DNA of 64,000 bases from a phage, in sequence record PZ674595.1, one strand, 5' to 3'. This document shows positions 18,324 to 29,142 of the stretch, one piece after another. The position numbers and the translations under genes are program-made. Numbering within the stretch: position 1 is the stretch's first letter; each line of letters starts with the position of its first letter. The notes below the pieces were generated by a model. The model did no database searches. It saw only the letters and a program-made list of their open reading frames with translations, and was not told where the DNA came from.

Positions 18324-19409
18324 ATGACTTTGCCATACGGCGTCATTTCTGACTGCCACTACCATAAATGGGATGCGTTCTCCACGACGAACGCTGAGGG
18401 GCTTAACTCCAGACTTGAAATACAGTTGGAAGCAACGAAAGAAGCAGCCATCGCCATGAAGAAGGCCGGTTGTAAGTACATGTTGGTTGCCGGTGATACA
18501 TTTCACGTCCGAGGAACTGTGTCCCCTTCTGTTTTGCATTACGTAACTGAAACGTACAAGTGGATTATCAACGAGCTTGATCTGACAGTAGTAATGCTGG
18601 CCGGTAATCACGATCTTGAAACCAACGATTCAGTATATAGCGCCAACGCAGCAGCATCGCTGAGTTCTATCGGCGTGGTAATCGTATGTGGCAAGCGCCC
18701 ACACTCAATAAAAATTGGTGATGTGACTGTCCACCTGATTAGCTGGCGTAACAATCATGCGGAGCTTATCAGCGATCTGAAAGCATTACGTAAGAGCGTA
18801 GAAGGTGATAATCATGACGTTGTTATCCATACATCCATTAACAAAGCCATTCCAACAATGCCTGACGTCGGTATCGATGCGCAGGAGTTAAAGGATATCG
18901 GCTTTCGTCTCGTGCTTAGTGGGCATTACCACAACCACAAAGAGGTCATTCCTGGAGTTATCAGTGTCGGTGCACTGACTCATCAAAATTGGGGAGATGT
19001 TGGATCTCTGGCTGGCTACATGATCGTAAACCCGGACGGCAGTTTCAGTCACTACGAAACCAGTGCGCCTAAATTCATTAACCTGGAAGATGATGTTGCT
19101 GATGACCAAATTCGCGGCAACTACGTGCGTTTCCGCGCCGTAATTGAGAACGATGAAGAAGGCATTAAGTACCAGAACATCCTCAAAACAATGGGTGCAA
19201 AAGGTGTCGTGTGCAACTTCATCCGTAAGTCATCAATGATGGAAGGTACAGCCAGCACAACTGAAACCAGCAAAATCGATAGCCTGGGAGAGTCGGTATC
19301 TGCTTATTGCAAGATTGTCCACGATACTGACGGCGGATTTGATCTGAGCAAATTGGATATTTTGTGTCAGGAAATCCTCACCGAAGCGGAGAGTTCGGAG
19401 GCTGTGTGA
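18324..19409 (+). CDS. sbcD: SbcD/Mre11-like nuclease (calcineurin-type phosphoesterase; T4 gp47-like)
   Basis: Phosphoesterase motifs ISDCHYH, VAGDTFH, AGNHD, SGHYH; RBS AAAGGAAAAACAC. Confidence 0.8.
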   Translation: MTLPYGVISDCHYHKWDAFSTTNAEGLNSRLEIQLEATKEAAIAMKKAGCKYMLVAGDTFHVRGTVSPSVLHYVTETYKWIINELDLTVVMLAGNHDLETNDSVYSANAAASLSSIGVVIVCGKRPHSIKIGDVTVHLISWRNNHAELISDLKALRKSVEGDNHDVVIHTSINKAIPTMPDVGIDAQELKDIGFRLVLSGHYHNHKEVIPGVISVGALTHQNWGDVGSLAGYMIVNPDGSFSHYETSAPKFINLEDDVADDQIRGNYVRFRAVIENDEEGIKYQNILKTMGAKGVVCNFIRKSSMMEGTASTTETSKIDSLGESVSAYCKIVHDTDGGFDLSKLDILCQEILTEAESSEAV

Positions 19410-19642
19410 AGCAAAGTCGTTATGGGAGCTTTCGAGACTTTGCCATCACGATGAAAAGACTTGAACGAGGCCAGACGGTGATGTTTCACAAGCCCTACCC
19501 GCCACAAGGAAATCCCGTAGCGTTTTATCTTGGAAGGTTAACAAGAAAAGGCGTATTGAGGCGCAGATCCTTCCCGGCGCATACGGAGTTCAGATTGAAA
19601 GAAGGCCAAAAGCTAACACACGGTATCAGAGGTGTTATATGA
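19406..19642 (+). CDS. small basic hypothetical protein between sbcD-like and sbcC-like
   Basis: GTG at 19406 preceded by GGAGG; overlaps sbcD-like stop and sbcC-like start (ATGA). Confidence 0.3.
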   Translation: MKQSRYGSFRDFAITMKRLERGQTVMFHKPYPPQGNPVAFYLGRLTRKGVLRRRSFPAHTEFRLKEGQKLTHGIRGVI

Positions 19643-21555
19643 AGTTTTTAAAGCTCCAGGTTGAGAATTTTATGGCTATCGCCAGCGCGGAGGTCGAGTT
19701 AGATCAGCGTGGTTTAGTGCTTATTCAGGGTGTTAATAGTGATGATAGTTCCGCATCAAGTAATGGCTCTGGAAAGTCAACTCTAATGAATAGCCTGATG
19801 TGGTGTCTTTATGGCGAAACAGCTCATGGTGTGAAGGGTGACGATGTGTTGTCTACCGACCATGAAAAGAACTGTCGTGTTGCAGTAACCATCGAGGATG
19901 AAGGCAAGAGATACGCAATCATTCGTCACCGTAAACACAAAGAGTTCAAAAATCGTCTTATCGTTCGTGGTGAAGATGGCGATATGACGAAAGGCAAAGA
20001 TGCGCTGACGCAGGAGTTCGTCGAGCGTCTGATCGGTGCATCTAAAGAGGTTTTCATGGCTTCCATCTATGCGAGCCAAGAAGCTATGCCAGATTTACCT
20101 GGAATGTCCGACAAAAACCTCAAAACCATCGTAGAAGAAGCCGCTGGCGTTGACAGACTGACACGCGCCTACGCTATTGCTCGTGAGCGAGCTAATGCAG
20201 CTGCCGCACGTATGGATGTGGTTAAAACCAAATTGGAGTCGACAATCTCGACCATTGAGGCAACACAGTCAGAAATTGAGTCAGCGAAAGCCTCCTCTGA
20301 ATCATGGGAGCAAGAGCGTTCTAAACGTTATGACGATGCCCTGGCTGGGCTGGCCAGTGCCGAAGTTGAGTTAACGGAAGTTGAACTTGAGATCCGCACT
20401 CTTCCCGAACAGATACGTGATACCGAGAAGGCAATCGAAAGTGAGCGCAAAAAGTTAGCCTCAAAAGAAGAACATGACGCCAAGTTGCTCAAAGTTCGTG
20501 GTGCGATAACTGATATTCGGGCAAGCATCAAAGCTACAGAAAATAGTCAGGCTGATGCAATGAGCCGCGCGCGTAATTTTAAGACCAAAGCAGAAGAGGT
20601 TGGTACTAAAGTGGGATCACCATGCCCTACTTGTGGCAAAGCCTACTGCGAAGAAGATCTATCAACGGTGAAGGAGAATTTCATTGAACAAGCACGTCAG
20701 GAAATTGGTCAGGCGAAGACACTTGCAGAGGCAATGGCTAAACACAAAACGAATCTTGAGAAAGCGTTAAGCATTGAGTCTGCCCTTGTTAAAACGACAC
20801 CTGATGTAACGGCTATCATTGCCCGGATTGAAGAGCTTACGAAACAACTCTCATCTTTGCGTCATCGTGAGAAGGAGGTTGTTGCTATTGAGTCTCTTGT
20901 GACTCGTGCTCGTACTGAGGTCGATCGTATATCAAAAGAGATTAATCCGTTTATTGCTCTTATCGCCAGACACGAAGATAACCTGGTATCCAGTAAGTCT
21001 ACCTTCAAGTCCTTAAAAGATGAGTTGAAGGCTATTCAGGAACAAACGTTGCTATTGGAAAAAGCTCGTCAGGTCTACTCTCCTGCCGGGGTGCGTTCTC
21101 ATATTTTGACGTCTGTTACGCCTTTCCTGAATACACGCACTGCCGAGTATCTCAATACGTTGTCTGACGGGAATATTACTGCTGAGTGGTCGACGATGGA
21201 TGTCACTAAAAAAGGTGAGTATCGCGACAAATTCAACATTAGTGTGCAGAAGAAAGGTTCAAGTAAGTCGTTCCAGACCCTCTCTGGTGGTGAGAAGCGG
21301 AAGGTTCGCATTGCGTGTTCTTTGGCATTGCAGGATCTGGTTAGTAACCGGGCGAGTAAAAACATCGATTTGTTTATCGGCGACGAAATTGACGATGCAC
21401 TCGATACAGCCGGTCTTGAACGCCTCATGGGTATTCTGGAGTCCAAAGCTCGCGAGCGAGGTACTGTGCTGATTATCTCCCATAAAGAGATGAAGTCATG
21501 GTTCCGGGAAACTATTACGCTGGAAGTTAAAGAGGGGCGCAGCTATGTCGTTTAA
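19639..21555 (+). CDS. sbcC: SbcC/Rad50-like ATPase (T4 gp46-like)
   Basis: Walker A NGSGKST, long coiled coil with CxxC hook (CPTCGKAYC), signature LSGGEKRKV, Walker B FIGDEIDDALD. Confidence 0.85.
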   Translation: MKFLKLQVENFMAIASAEVELDQRGLVLIQGVNSDDSSASSNGSGKSTLMNSLMWCLYGETAHGVKGDDVLSTDHEKNCRVAVTIEDEGKRYAIIRHRKHKEFKNRLIVRGEDGDMTKGKDALTQEFVERLIGASKEVFMASIYASQEAMPDLPGMSDKNLKTIVEEAAGVDRLTRAYAIARERANAAAARMDVVKTKLESTISTIEATQSEIESAKASSESWEQERSKRYDDALAGLASAEVELTEVELEIRTLPEQIRDTEKAIESERKKLASKEEHDAKLLKVRGAITDIRASIKATENSQADAMSRARNFKTKAEEVGTKVGSPCPTCGKAYCEEDLSTVKENFIEQARQEIGQAKTLAEAMAKHKTNLEKALSIESALVKTTPDVTAIIARIEELTKQLSSLRHREKEVVAIESLVTRARTEVDRISKEINPFIALIARHEDNLVSSKSTFKSLKDELKAIQEQTLLLEKARQVYSPAGVRSHILTSVTPFLNTRTAEYLNTLSDGNITAEWSTMDVTKKGEYRDKFNISVQKKGSSKSFQTLSGGEKRKVRIACSLALQDLVSNRASKNIDLFIGDEIDDALDTAGLERLMGILESKARERGTVLIISHKEMKSWFRETITLEVKEGRSYVV

Positions 21556-22288
21556 ATTAAGCCGCTCGCAGTTTTTGCAGGTATTTGCAGTGATGCAGTC
21601 GATAAAACTGATCAATGGGCATACTTCCAATGGTGCGGCTCCACGTATTCTGTGGGGCAGCAACAATATTGACGGAGTACAATTCGCCGCGTTGCTTGGT
21701 CTAATATCCGAGACGCCATTGATGCAAAGTTTGAAATCACTACCACCTGGATGTATTGCGCCGATCCTGATTAATCCTTTTGTTGAGGGGGGATATCTTC
21801 CCAACGTCGGGCCTGGGTTTATTGCATCCCATGAAACTGAAGATCTTAACATTAATAGCGAAGGGTTCTTTGGGGGAATGGGTGCGCATCACTGTATGGC
21901 TTTCACGAACCTTATTCGACTTGCCAATAAGCGGGTGGATAGTTTGGCATCGCCAGGTGATGCTTTTACTGGTTTCCTTATCCAAAGGAGGGATAAAAAG
22001 TACAGTGCGGACAAACTACAGTTTGTTGGTAAGTATGGAGAAATGGTAGAAATCGAACTTCAGCTCCCTCATGTTTTAGCAAACGATAGTGCAGACAGTC
22101 GGAGGCTATTGGGCATCATGCGTCATTTCATAGCAAGTGGTGTTAAACATGCCGCAGATAAACGTGTCACGCAGGAAAATGAGTATTCAGACTTTGCAAA
22201 CTATCCCCAACCAACGTTGCAAACGGCAATAGTAGCCAATTCGTTGGAGGCGAGATTATTGGAAAACCCTATATGGGGAACATGGTAA
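21545..22288 (+). CDS. hypothetical protein
   Basis: 247-aa ORF overlapping sbcC-like stop. Confidence 0.4.
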   Translation: MSFKLSRSQFLQVFAVMQSIKLINGHTSNGAAPRILWGSNNIDGVQFAALLGLISETPLMQSLKSLPPGCIAPILINPFVEGGYLPNVGPGFIASHETEDLNINSEGFFGGMGAHHCMAFTNLIRLANKRVDSLASPGDAFTGFLIQRRDKKYSADKLQFVGKYGEMVEIELQLPHVLANDSADSRRLLGIMRHFIASGVKHAADKRVTQENEYSDFANYPQPTLQTAIVANSLEARLLENPIWGTW

Positions 22289-22297
22289 GGAGACTAT

Positions 22298-22867
22298 ATG
22301 AGTAAAAAAATCAGCGTAGTTGGTGTTGATCCCTCAATGAGCAACTTTGGGCTTGCTGTGGGCACTTTAGACCTTGAGACGGACGAACTTGAGATTCACG
22401 GCCTTACTCTTGTTGAGACTAAAGCGGGGAGTAACAAAAAGACCGTTCGTGTGAACAGTGACGATCTGCGCCGCGCCAGTGAAATATGGCGTGTTGCGAA
22501 GCCAATCATTGATAAGGCAAATATGGTTTTTTGTGAGCTACCGGTTGGGAGCCAAAACTCTCGTTCGCAGACGTCTTACGGTATTTGTATCGGTGTACTT
22601 GCGTGTGTGGATAAGCCATTGATCCAGGTTACTCCAAACGAAATCAAGCATTTTGTCGGCAATAAACTTACTACATCGAAAGAAGAGATTATCCAGTGGG
22701 CTACGAAAAAACACCCTAAAGCACCGTGGCTGCGTCGTAAGCAATCTGGACAGGATGTTCTCGTGAACAAAAACGAACATTTGGCTGATGCGGTGGCTGC
22801 CATCCATACCGGTATGCAAACAGATCAGTTCCGCCAGGTGCGCGATGTTCTTAAGTCTCTCATTTGA
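22298..22867 (+). CDS. RuvC-like Holliday junction resolvase (putative)
   Basis: N-terminal VVGVDPSMSNFGLAV and C-terminal LADAVAAIHTG resemble RuvC catalytic motifs; RBS AAGGAG. Confidence 0.55.
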   Translation: MSKKISVVGVDPSMSNFGLAVGTLDLETDELEIHGLTLVETKAGSNKKTVRVNSDDLRRASEIWRVAKPIIDKANMVFCELPVGSQNSRSQTSYGICIGVLACVDKPLIQVTPNEIKHFVGNKLTTSKEEIIQWATKKHPKAPWLRRKQSGQDVLVNKNEHLADAVAAIHTGMQTDQFRQVRDVLKSLI

Positions 22868-22940
22868 TTTCATTGATAGGTAAGTGCTTATCTATTAACA
22901 TGGGCCACTATATTTAGTGGCCCTCTTTATTTGGTGATAC

Positions 22941-25256
22941 ATGATAAGCATCGTAAAACGTAACGGCCAAACAGAGCCGTTATCCGAAGAAAAATACAAC
23001 CGCGTCGTAATGTATGGCGTAGAAGGCATTCGTGGTGTAAGCGCATCCGCTGTAGCAATGGGAGCTGCGGCCAGCATTTTTGATGGGATTACCACCAGCC
23101 AGTTGCATGAGGCTTTGGTTAAATCTGCCGCTGATTTGATCTCACCAGAAGCACCAAATTACTCACAGGTGGCTGCCCGCCTGAACATTTTTAAAATCCG
23201 CAAAGATGCCTTCGGTCGTTACGACTATCCGAACTTCTACCAACACATTGTCAAGAACGTTAACAAGGGCGTTTATGACAAGGATTTGCTGACACATTAT
23301 TCGTTTGAAGAGATCGAAGAACTCGGCAATTACATTAAGCCGAAACGTGACGATCTTTTTGGCTATGCAGCTACGGTGCAGTTGCAAAGCAAATACCTCG
23401 TTCAAAACCGTGTTACTGGTGAGATTCATGAGGGGCCGCAACATATCTATATGCTGGTAGGCATGTGTCTGTTCCAGAATTGGGAAGACGACTGCGCTGG
23501 CAAAACACGTATGGAGATGGTCAAAGGTTTCTATGACGTTACAAGTACGTTCAAACTGTCTCTGCCCACACCAATCATGGCCGGCGTCCGTACTCCAACC
23601 CGTCAGTTCTCCAGTTGTGTGCTGATTGAGTCTGGCGATAGTCTGAAAGGGATTAGTGCAGCTTCAGCCGCAATTATCGACTACGTTTCACGTCGTGCTG
23701 GAATTGGTATTGGTTTTGGCCGTATCCGTGCGCTGGGCAGCGAGATCCGCAATGGTGAAGCCACCCATACTGGAGTTATTCCATTCCTGAAGCATTTCCA
23801 GACGGCTGTTAAATCTTGTTCGCAAGGTGGTGTTCGTGGTGGCGCAGCAACAGCGTTTTACCCGATCTGGCATCTTGAAGTTGAAAGTCTGCTGGTGGTG
23901 AAAAATAACCGTGGTATTGATGAAAACCGCGTTCGCCATCTTGATTACGGCGTCATGAGTAACCGTCTAATGTACCGTCGACTCGTCAGAAGCGAGAACA
24001 TCACTCTGTTCAGCCCGCATGATGTGCCTGATATGTACGAAGCCTTCTTCACAGACCAGGAGCTGTTTGAAAAGCTGTACCATAAATACGAAGCCGATGA
24101 TTCAATTCGCAAGAAGTCAGTACCTGCCATTGAGCTGTTCTCATCTCTGATGCAGGAACGAGCGTCCACGGGCCGAATTTATATTGCGAACGTCGATCAT
24201 ATTAACGAGCATGGCGCTTTCATTCCTGCTCTTGCACCTGTTCGCCAGTCAAACCTGTGCATGGAGATCACTCTACCCACTCGTCCACTGGCATTTACCG
24301 ACGACCCGAACGGTGAGATCGCGCTATGCACTTTATCCGCTTTTAACCTCGGAGCCATCCGTTCACTGGAGTCTCTTAAAGAGGTGGCGTTCTATGCCGT
24401 TGCTGCACTGGATTCGTTACTGGATTATCAAGACTATCCGATGGAGGCAGCCGAAGTGCCTGCCAAAGCTCGTCGTAGCTTGGGAATTGGTGTAACCAAC
24501 TTTGCTTATTACCTGGCAAAGAATGGCGTTCGTTATTCTGATACCGCTGGCAATAAACTGGTGCATGAAACGTTCGAAGCTATCCAGTATTACCTTCTTG
24601 ATGCCAGCTGCCGACTTGCTGAAGCAAAAGGTGAGTGTGACTGGTTTGAGCAGACCAAGTACGCAATTGGTCAGTTGCCGATCGACCATTACCGTTCTTC
24701 ATTAGACGAAAGTGGCGAAACCAACTTTGAGTTAAAGATGCCGTGGGAAGAACTGCGTGAACGTATTGCAAAATACGGCCTTCGCAACTCCACACTGACG
24801 GCACAAATGCCATGCGAGACTTCCAGCCAGATCACTAATTCCACCAACGGCATCGAACCGCCTCGTGGCCCGGTGTCGGTGAAATCTTCTAAGGACGGCA
24901 TCGTTAAGATGGTCGTGCCTGAGTTTGAAAAACTGAAGGAACAGTATGAATACCTGTGGGATATGCCGGACAACCGCGGCTATCTGACAAAGGTGGCGAT
25001 CATCCAGAAGTTCTTTGACCAGGCTATTTCAGCCAATACCAACTATGACCCTTCTCGCTTTGAAGGCGATAAAGTCCCAATGATGACGCTACTGTCAGAT
25101 TTGCTTCTCGCCTACAAGATGGGAGTTAAAACGCTTTACTACCACAACACCAGAGATGGGGCAGGAAAGCGTGATGACGACGAACCGCAGAATCCACTCA
25201 CGCAAGCTGTAGCCGTCGAGCCAGAAGATGAGTGCGACGGAGCCTGCAAAATCTGA
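22941..25256 (+). CDS. nrdA: ribonucleoside-diphosphate reductase class Ia alpha subunit
   Basis: 771 aa; long identical stretches to E. coli NrdA as recalled (YLVQNRVTGEI, PTPIMAGVRTPTRQFSSCVLIE, QGGVRGGAAT, PVRQSNLC). Confidence 0.95.
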   Translation: MISIVKRNGQTEPLSEEKYNRVVMYGVEGIRGVSASAVAMGAAASIFDGITTSQLHEALVKSAADLISPEAPNYSQVAARLNIFKIRKDAFGRYDYPNFYQHIVKNVNKGVYDKDLLTHYSFEEIEELGNYIKPKRDDLFGYAATVQLQSKYLVQNRVTGEIHEGPQHIYMLVGMCLFQNWEDDCAGKTRMEMVKGFYDVTSTFKLSLPTPIMAGVRTPTRQFSSCVLIESGDSLKGISAASAAIIDYVSRRAGIGIGFGRIRALGSEIRNGEATHTGVIPFLKHFQTAVKSCSQGGVRGGAATAFYPIWHLEVESLLVVKNNRGIDENRVRHLDYGVMSNRLMYRRLVRSENITLFSPHDVPDMYEAFFTDQELFEKLYHKYEADDSIRKKSVPAIELFSSLMQERASTGRIYIANVDHINEHGAFIPALAPVRQSNLCMEITLPTRPLAFTDDPNGEIALCTLSAFNLGAIRSLESLKEVAFYAVAALDSLLDYQDYPMEAAEVPAKARRSLGIGVTNFAYYLAKNGVRYSDTAGNKLVHETFEAIQYYLLDASCRLAEAKGECDWFEQTKYAIGQLPIDHYRSSLDESGETNFELKMPWEELRERIAKYGLRNSTLTAQMPCETSSQITNSTNGIEPPRGPVSVKSSKDGIVKMVVPEFEKLKEQYEYLWDMPDNRGYLTKVAIIQKFFDQAISANTNYDPSRFEGDKVPMMTLLSDLLLAYKMGVKTLYYHNTRDGAGKRDDDEPQNPLTQAVAVEPEDECDGACKI

Positions 25257-25362
25257 CATATGGTGGGGGATATCCCCACCTTCTCTTTGATTTGTAAACC
25301 TTGTTTAAACACATAAGATAACAACTTGTTTAAACGCACCAAAAAAGAAAAAGGAAAAACAC

Positions 25363-26505
25363 ATGTCATATTCAACGTTCCGTTTGGGTGCTAATGATGC
25401 AACCAAAGAGCCTATGTTCCTCGGACAATCTGTCAACGTGGCACGTTACGATCAGCAAAAATACCGTGATTTTGAAAAGTTGATTGAACGTCAATTGTCT
25501 TTCTTCTGGCGGCCGGAAGAAGTTGATATTTCGAGCGATCGTATCGACTTCAACACGAAGCTGCGGGACCACGAACGTCACATTTTTCTGAGCAATCTCC
25601 GTTATCAAACGTTACTCGATTCAGTTCAGGGACGTAGCCCAAATGCAACGCTGCTGCCGCTTATCTCTATTCCTGAACTGGAAACGTGGGTTGAAACATG
25701 GTCTTTCTCTGAGACTATCCATAGCCGCAGCTACACCCACATTATTCGTGGCATGGTGGACGATCCGAGCATTGTTTTTGACGGTATTGTTACGGATGAA
25801 GAAATCATCAACCGAGCGATCAGTATCTCTGCTGAATATGACAGGCTTTATGGGATGACCTGCGAGCGCCAGTCGTTAGGTGAGAAAGAGTTTGAACGTC
25901 TGTACGTAAATGAATATGGCTGGGAGCCATACCCTTTGCATCGTCAGCTTTTCCGCACGTTGGTGTCCATTAATGCGCTTGAGGCGATCCGTTTCTATGT
26001 AAGTTTTGCATGTACGTTTGCCTTTGGCGAACGGAAGTTGCTTGAGGGTAACACCAAAATTATGCGCTTTATTGCCCGTGATGAAGCTCTGCATTGCGAA
26101 GGAACTGAACGCATGATCCGCTTCATGCGTACCGGTCGCGAAGGTTTATTGTGGAAAGAGATTGCTGCTGATGAAGAAAACGTCATTTACGACACCATGA
26201 AATCAGTCGCCGAACAAGAAATGAACTGGGCAGACTATCTCTTCAAAGACGGTTCGATGATTGGTTTAAACGCGGATATTCTGAAGACCTATGTAAAATA
26301 CCGAACCAATCTGGCTATGAATCGTCTTGGCCTGAAGGCTTTATTTCCAGAAGTTACCACTGATCCGCTGGTCTGGATGAACAAGTGGTTGTTAACCGAC
26401 ACACTGCAAATTGCACCACAAGAGGCAGAGCAAAGCACATATCTGGTAGGTCAGATCGATTCTACCGTGGATAAGGCTTCTCTAAGCCAGTTTGCTGACC
26501 TGTAA
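25363..26505 (+). CDS. nrdB: ribonucleoside-diphosphate reductase class Ia beta subunit
   Basis: 380 aa; [32 protein letters not shown] and [13 protein letters not shown] as in E. coli NrdB; RBS AAAGGAAAAACAC. Confidence 0.95.
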   Translation: MSYSTFRLGANDATKEPMFLGQSVNVARYDQQKYRDFEKLIERQLSFFWRPEEVDISSDRIDFNTKLRDHERHIFLSNLRYQTLLDSVQGRSPNATLLPLISIPELETWVETWSFSETIHSRSYTHIIRGMVDDPSIVFDGIVTDEEIINRAISISAEYDRLYGMTCERQSLGEKEFERLYVNEYGWEPYPLHRQLFRTLVSINALEAIRFYVSFACTFAFGERKLLEGNTKIMRFIARDEALHCEGTERMIRFMRTGREGLLWKEIAADEENVIYDTMKSVAEQEMNWADYLFKDGSMIGLNADILKTYVKYRTNLAMNRLGLKALFPEVTTDPLVWMNKWLLTDTLQIAPQEAEQSTYLVGQIDSTVDKASLSQFADL

Positions 26506-26582
26506 ACCGATACAAAGCATTATGTGGCCTGGCAACGCTGGGCCACAATGGATCACAAGAATTAAGAAGGAACAAAACTAGC

Positions 26583-27452
26583 ATGAACTTTACCAAACTG
26601 ACTGACCACCTGAAACTTGCCACCGATCGACTCATTGGATTTAAGCCAGAACCATATGAGTTGCATGAAGGTCATGGTGTAGCTACTGAAAGTATTTACA
26701 AGATGGTGGATCAGTTTCATGAACTCTTCCAGCATCCGAGACGCGTTATGCCGACACCAGAGCTGCTTCGTCTCCGTGCAAGCCTGATTCATGAAGAAGC
26801 TGTAGTGGAAGGTATTCCAGCCGCAATGAATGGGGATATTGAGCAACTGCTGGATGCAATGGCCGACTTTTTATACGTTGGTGTTGGTACGATGGTCGCC
26901 ATCAAAGGTGGTATTTCTACCGGCATGACCTATTACACGCAGGAACAGAGCATTGATCGCTTTATGCAGACAATTTTTGTGCCCGGTAACACTGTTTTCG
27001 ATGATATGGCAATGCCATTTCAGGAAGCTCGTGAGGCGTCATGTATGCTCGAAGAGCTGGCAGATAAACTTGAGAACAAGACTGTTAAGGATTCTGAGCT
27101 GATTCAGGAACTGCGCCGTGTCATGAACAAAATCTATGTGGCGTGCATGATGACCTATCGACTGGCTGATTTCCTCGGTATCAATGTAGTCGAGCTGGTT
27201 GGCGAAATTCATCGGTCTAACATGACAAAATTATGGCCTGCTGATGTTGAGGAACGTCGCCAGGCTGTGGCCAACTGCAAATACGACTCTTCAGACCTGG
27301 GATTCCGCCATGCTGATGGCACCGATAAGATGATCGGTTTTCGAATTTCCGATGGAAAGATTCTGAAGTCTCCAACCTATAGTGATGTCGATTTATCCTC
27401 CTTTGTTGAGCAAGCTAAAGCCTCAGCAATGTACGGAATGATCAAAAAATAA
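26583..27452 (+). CDS. putative all-alpha NTP pyrophosphohydrolase (MazG/dimeric dUTPase-like)
   Basis: 289-aa ORF in the nucleotide-metabolism cluster; acidic helices HEEAVVEG and LLDAMADFLYV suggest MazG-like fold; assignment tentative. Confidence 0.35.
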   Translation: MNFTKLTDHLKLATDRLIGFKPEPYELHEGHGVATESIYKMVDQFHELFQHPRRVMPTPELLRLRASLIHEEAVVEGIPAAMNGDIEQLLDAMADFLYVGVGTMVAIKGGISTGMTYYTQEQSIDRFMQTIFVPGNTVFDDMAMPFQEAREASCMLEELADKLENKTVKDSELIQELRRVMNKIYVACMMTYRLADFLGINVVELVGEIHRSNMTKLWPADVEERRQAVANCKYDSSDLGFRHADGTDKMIGFRISDGKILKSPTYSDVDLSSFVEQAKASAMYGMIKK

Positions 27453-27519
27453 TTGTAGGTAGTTATCTATCTGTGTATATTGCGTTGGCGCGTTAAATTT
27501 CTGAAACAACTATTCGTTT

Positions 27520-27548
27520 TTGGTGGCCTATGGCCACCATTTTTTTAT
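27520..27548 (+). terminator. Rho-independent terminator
   Basis: TGGTGGCC-TA-TGGCCACCA followed by TTTTTTT. Confidence 0.7.
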
Positions 27549-27596
27549 CTGTCTGGTCTTGTTCTCTCAATAAATGTAAACTCACGCAATGAATAA

Positions 27597-28727
27597 GTGG
27601 TTACTTATCTTTGTGAGGTTTTTGTGTCACTCCTTTTGAATCGTGAGCATACGAACGGTCAGGTAACAAACGCATCGTATGCAAAAGTTATTGAGACGGT
27701 GCTTAAAAGCGGCGTGCAGGCTGATGATCGCACAGGCACTGGTACTTTAAGCACCTGCTACGTTCCCTCTTACTACATGCTTACTGGTGGGACTGTGCCG
27801 CTTATTTCTGGAAAGGCGGTAAATCTTAAGCCACTACTTGTCGAACTTGAGTGGTATCTGAAAGGCACGGGCAACATCCAATTTCTCAAGGATAACGGCG
27901 TTAAGATTTGGGATGCATGGGCCGATGAGAATGGCGATTTGGGGCCGGTTTACGGTAAGCAGTGGCGTCGATGGGAAGATACCCGCATCGTGAGCCATAG
28001 TGAATATCTGAGCAAGATCGATACTTTCCGTGAACGCGGGTACAAAGTCGAGGGATACCTGGGTATCAGTGAAGATCGCGTAGTGCTGTCCCGTGAAATC
28101 GATCAGCTACAGCGTATTGTCGATACACTGCGCACGAACCCTACCGATCGTCGCATCATGCTTAACGCATGGAACGTAGGCGAGCTTGAGGATATGAAAC
28201 TGCCACCTTGCCACTTTGTCTTCTCTTTGTGGAGTCGTGAGCTGGATTTTGAAACCCGTTTAACGATGGCAACTGACATTGGTCTTCAACACAGTCGCCT
28301 CGGTTACGAGTCTATCTACACCAAGATGCTATACGATCTGGAGATGGACGGCAGTGTTACTGAAGCTGAACTGGATGAACTTGGAATCCCCAAACGCATC
28401 CTCAACTCCTGCCTCGTACAGCGTAGCGTAGACACTTTTGTTGGTATGCCATTCAATATTGCTGGCTATGGCATTCTCACTCATTTTCTCGCGAAGATTA
28501 CGGGTCACATGGCCGGTGCATTTGTGCATTTTGGCTTTGACGTGCATTTGTACAACAACCACATGGAAGGTGTGTGTGAGCTAATGAAACGACAGGCTCC
28601 AGAGCATTCAGATCCGGTCGTTATTTTCCCTCATGAATGGTCAGAGTTGGATGATTTCAAATGGGACGAGGTTTTAATTCTTGGCTATGACCCTCTATCG
28701 TGGATCAAGGTTCCAGTGGCGGTGTGA
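27597..28727 (+). CDS. thyA: thymidylate synthase with internal insertion; start codon uncertain
   Basis: DRTGTGTLS, WADENGDLGPVYGKQWRRW, PPCH and SCLVQRSVDTFVGMPFNIAGYGILTHFLA motifs; alternative GTG start at 27624 behind GAGG. Confidence 0.85.
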   Translation: MVTYLCEVFVSLLLNREHTNGQVTNASYAKVIETVLKSGVQADDRTGTGTLSTCYVPSYYMLTGGTVPLISGKAVNLKPLLVELEWYLKGTGNIQFLKDNGVKIWDAWADENGDLGPVYGKQWRRWEDTRIVSHSEYLSKIDTFRERGYKVEGYLGISEDRVVLSREIDQLQRIVDTLRTNPTDRRIMLNAWNVGELEDMKLPPCHFVFSLWSRELDFETRLTMATDIGLQHSRLGYESIYTKMLYDLEMDGSVTEAELDELGIPKRILNSCLVQRSVDTFVGMPFNIAGYGILTHFLAKITGHMAGAFVHFGFDVHLYNNHMEGVCELMKRQAPEHSDPVVIFPHEWSELDDFKWDEVLILGYDPLSWIKVPVAV

Positions 28728-28728
28728 T

Positions 28729-29142
28729 ATGGCAAGAGGTATGTATGTCTTATGCGAAATTGAAGGTGTGCTGGCAAATGCCAGCCATCGTAAATCAGTA
28801 TCTGACGCGGATGCAGGCCAGCTCATTGCCGGTGATGAACTCATTTTCCCCACCAGCCGTATGTTGCGTGGTTTTGCTCGCTCAGGGGCTGAAGTGGTGC
28901 TTATCAGTAGCCGCTCTGAAACTCTTGAAGCGCCAACTAAACGATGGCTGAAAGATTTTGGCGTTGATTATGACTGGCTTCATCTCGTACCGAATGGCAC
29001 CAGTTATGAGAAGCATATTAAGCGCACATTAGCGGAGCATAAAGGCGATCTGCTTATCGCTGCGCTGGTGCACGATCCTCGACTCCGTGCCGCTTTAGCT
29101 GACTCTCATCATAGACCGGTCATCTATGAGGTGAGCAAATGA
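28729..29142 (+). CDS. hypothetical protein (possibly HAD-like hydrolase)
   Basis: ATG at 28729 overlaps thyA stop; stop overlaps DHFR start (ATGA); weak HAD-like N-terminus. Confidence 0.3.
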   Translation: MARGMYVLCEIEGVLANASHRKSVSDADAGQLIAGDELIFPTSRMLRGFARSGAEVVLISSRSETLEAPTKRWLKDFGVDYDWLHLVPNGTSYEKHIKRTLAEHKGDLLIAALVHDPRLRAALADSHHRPVIYEVSK

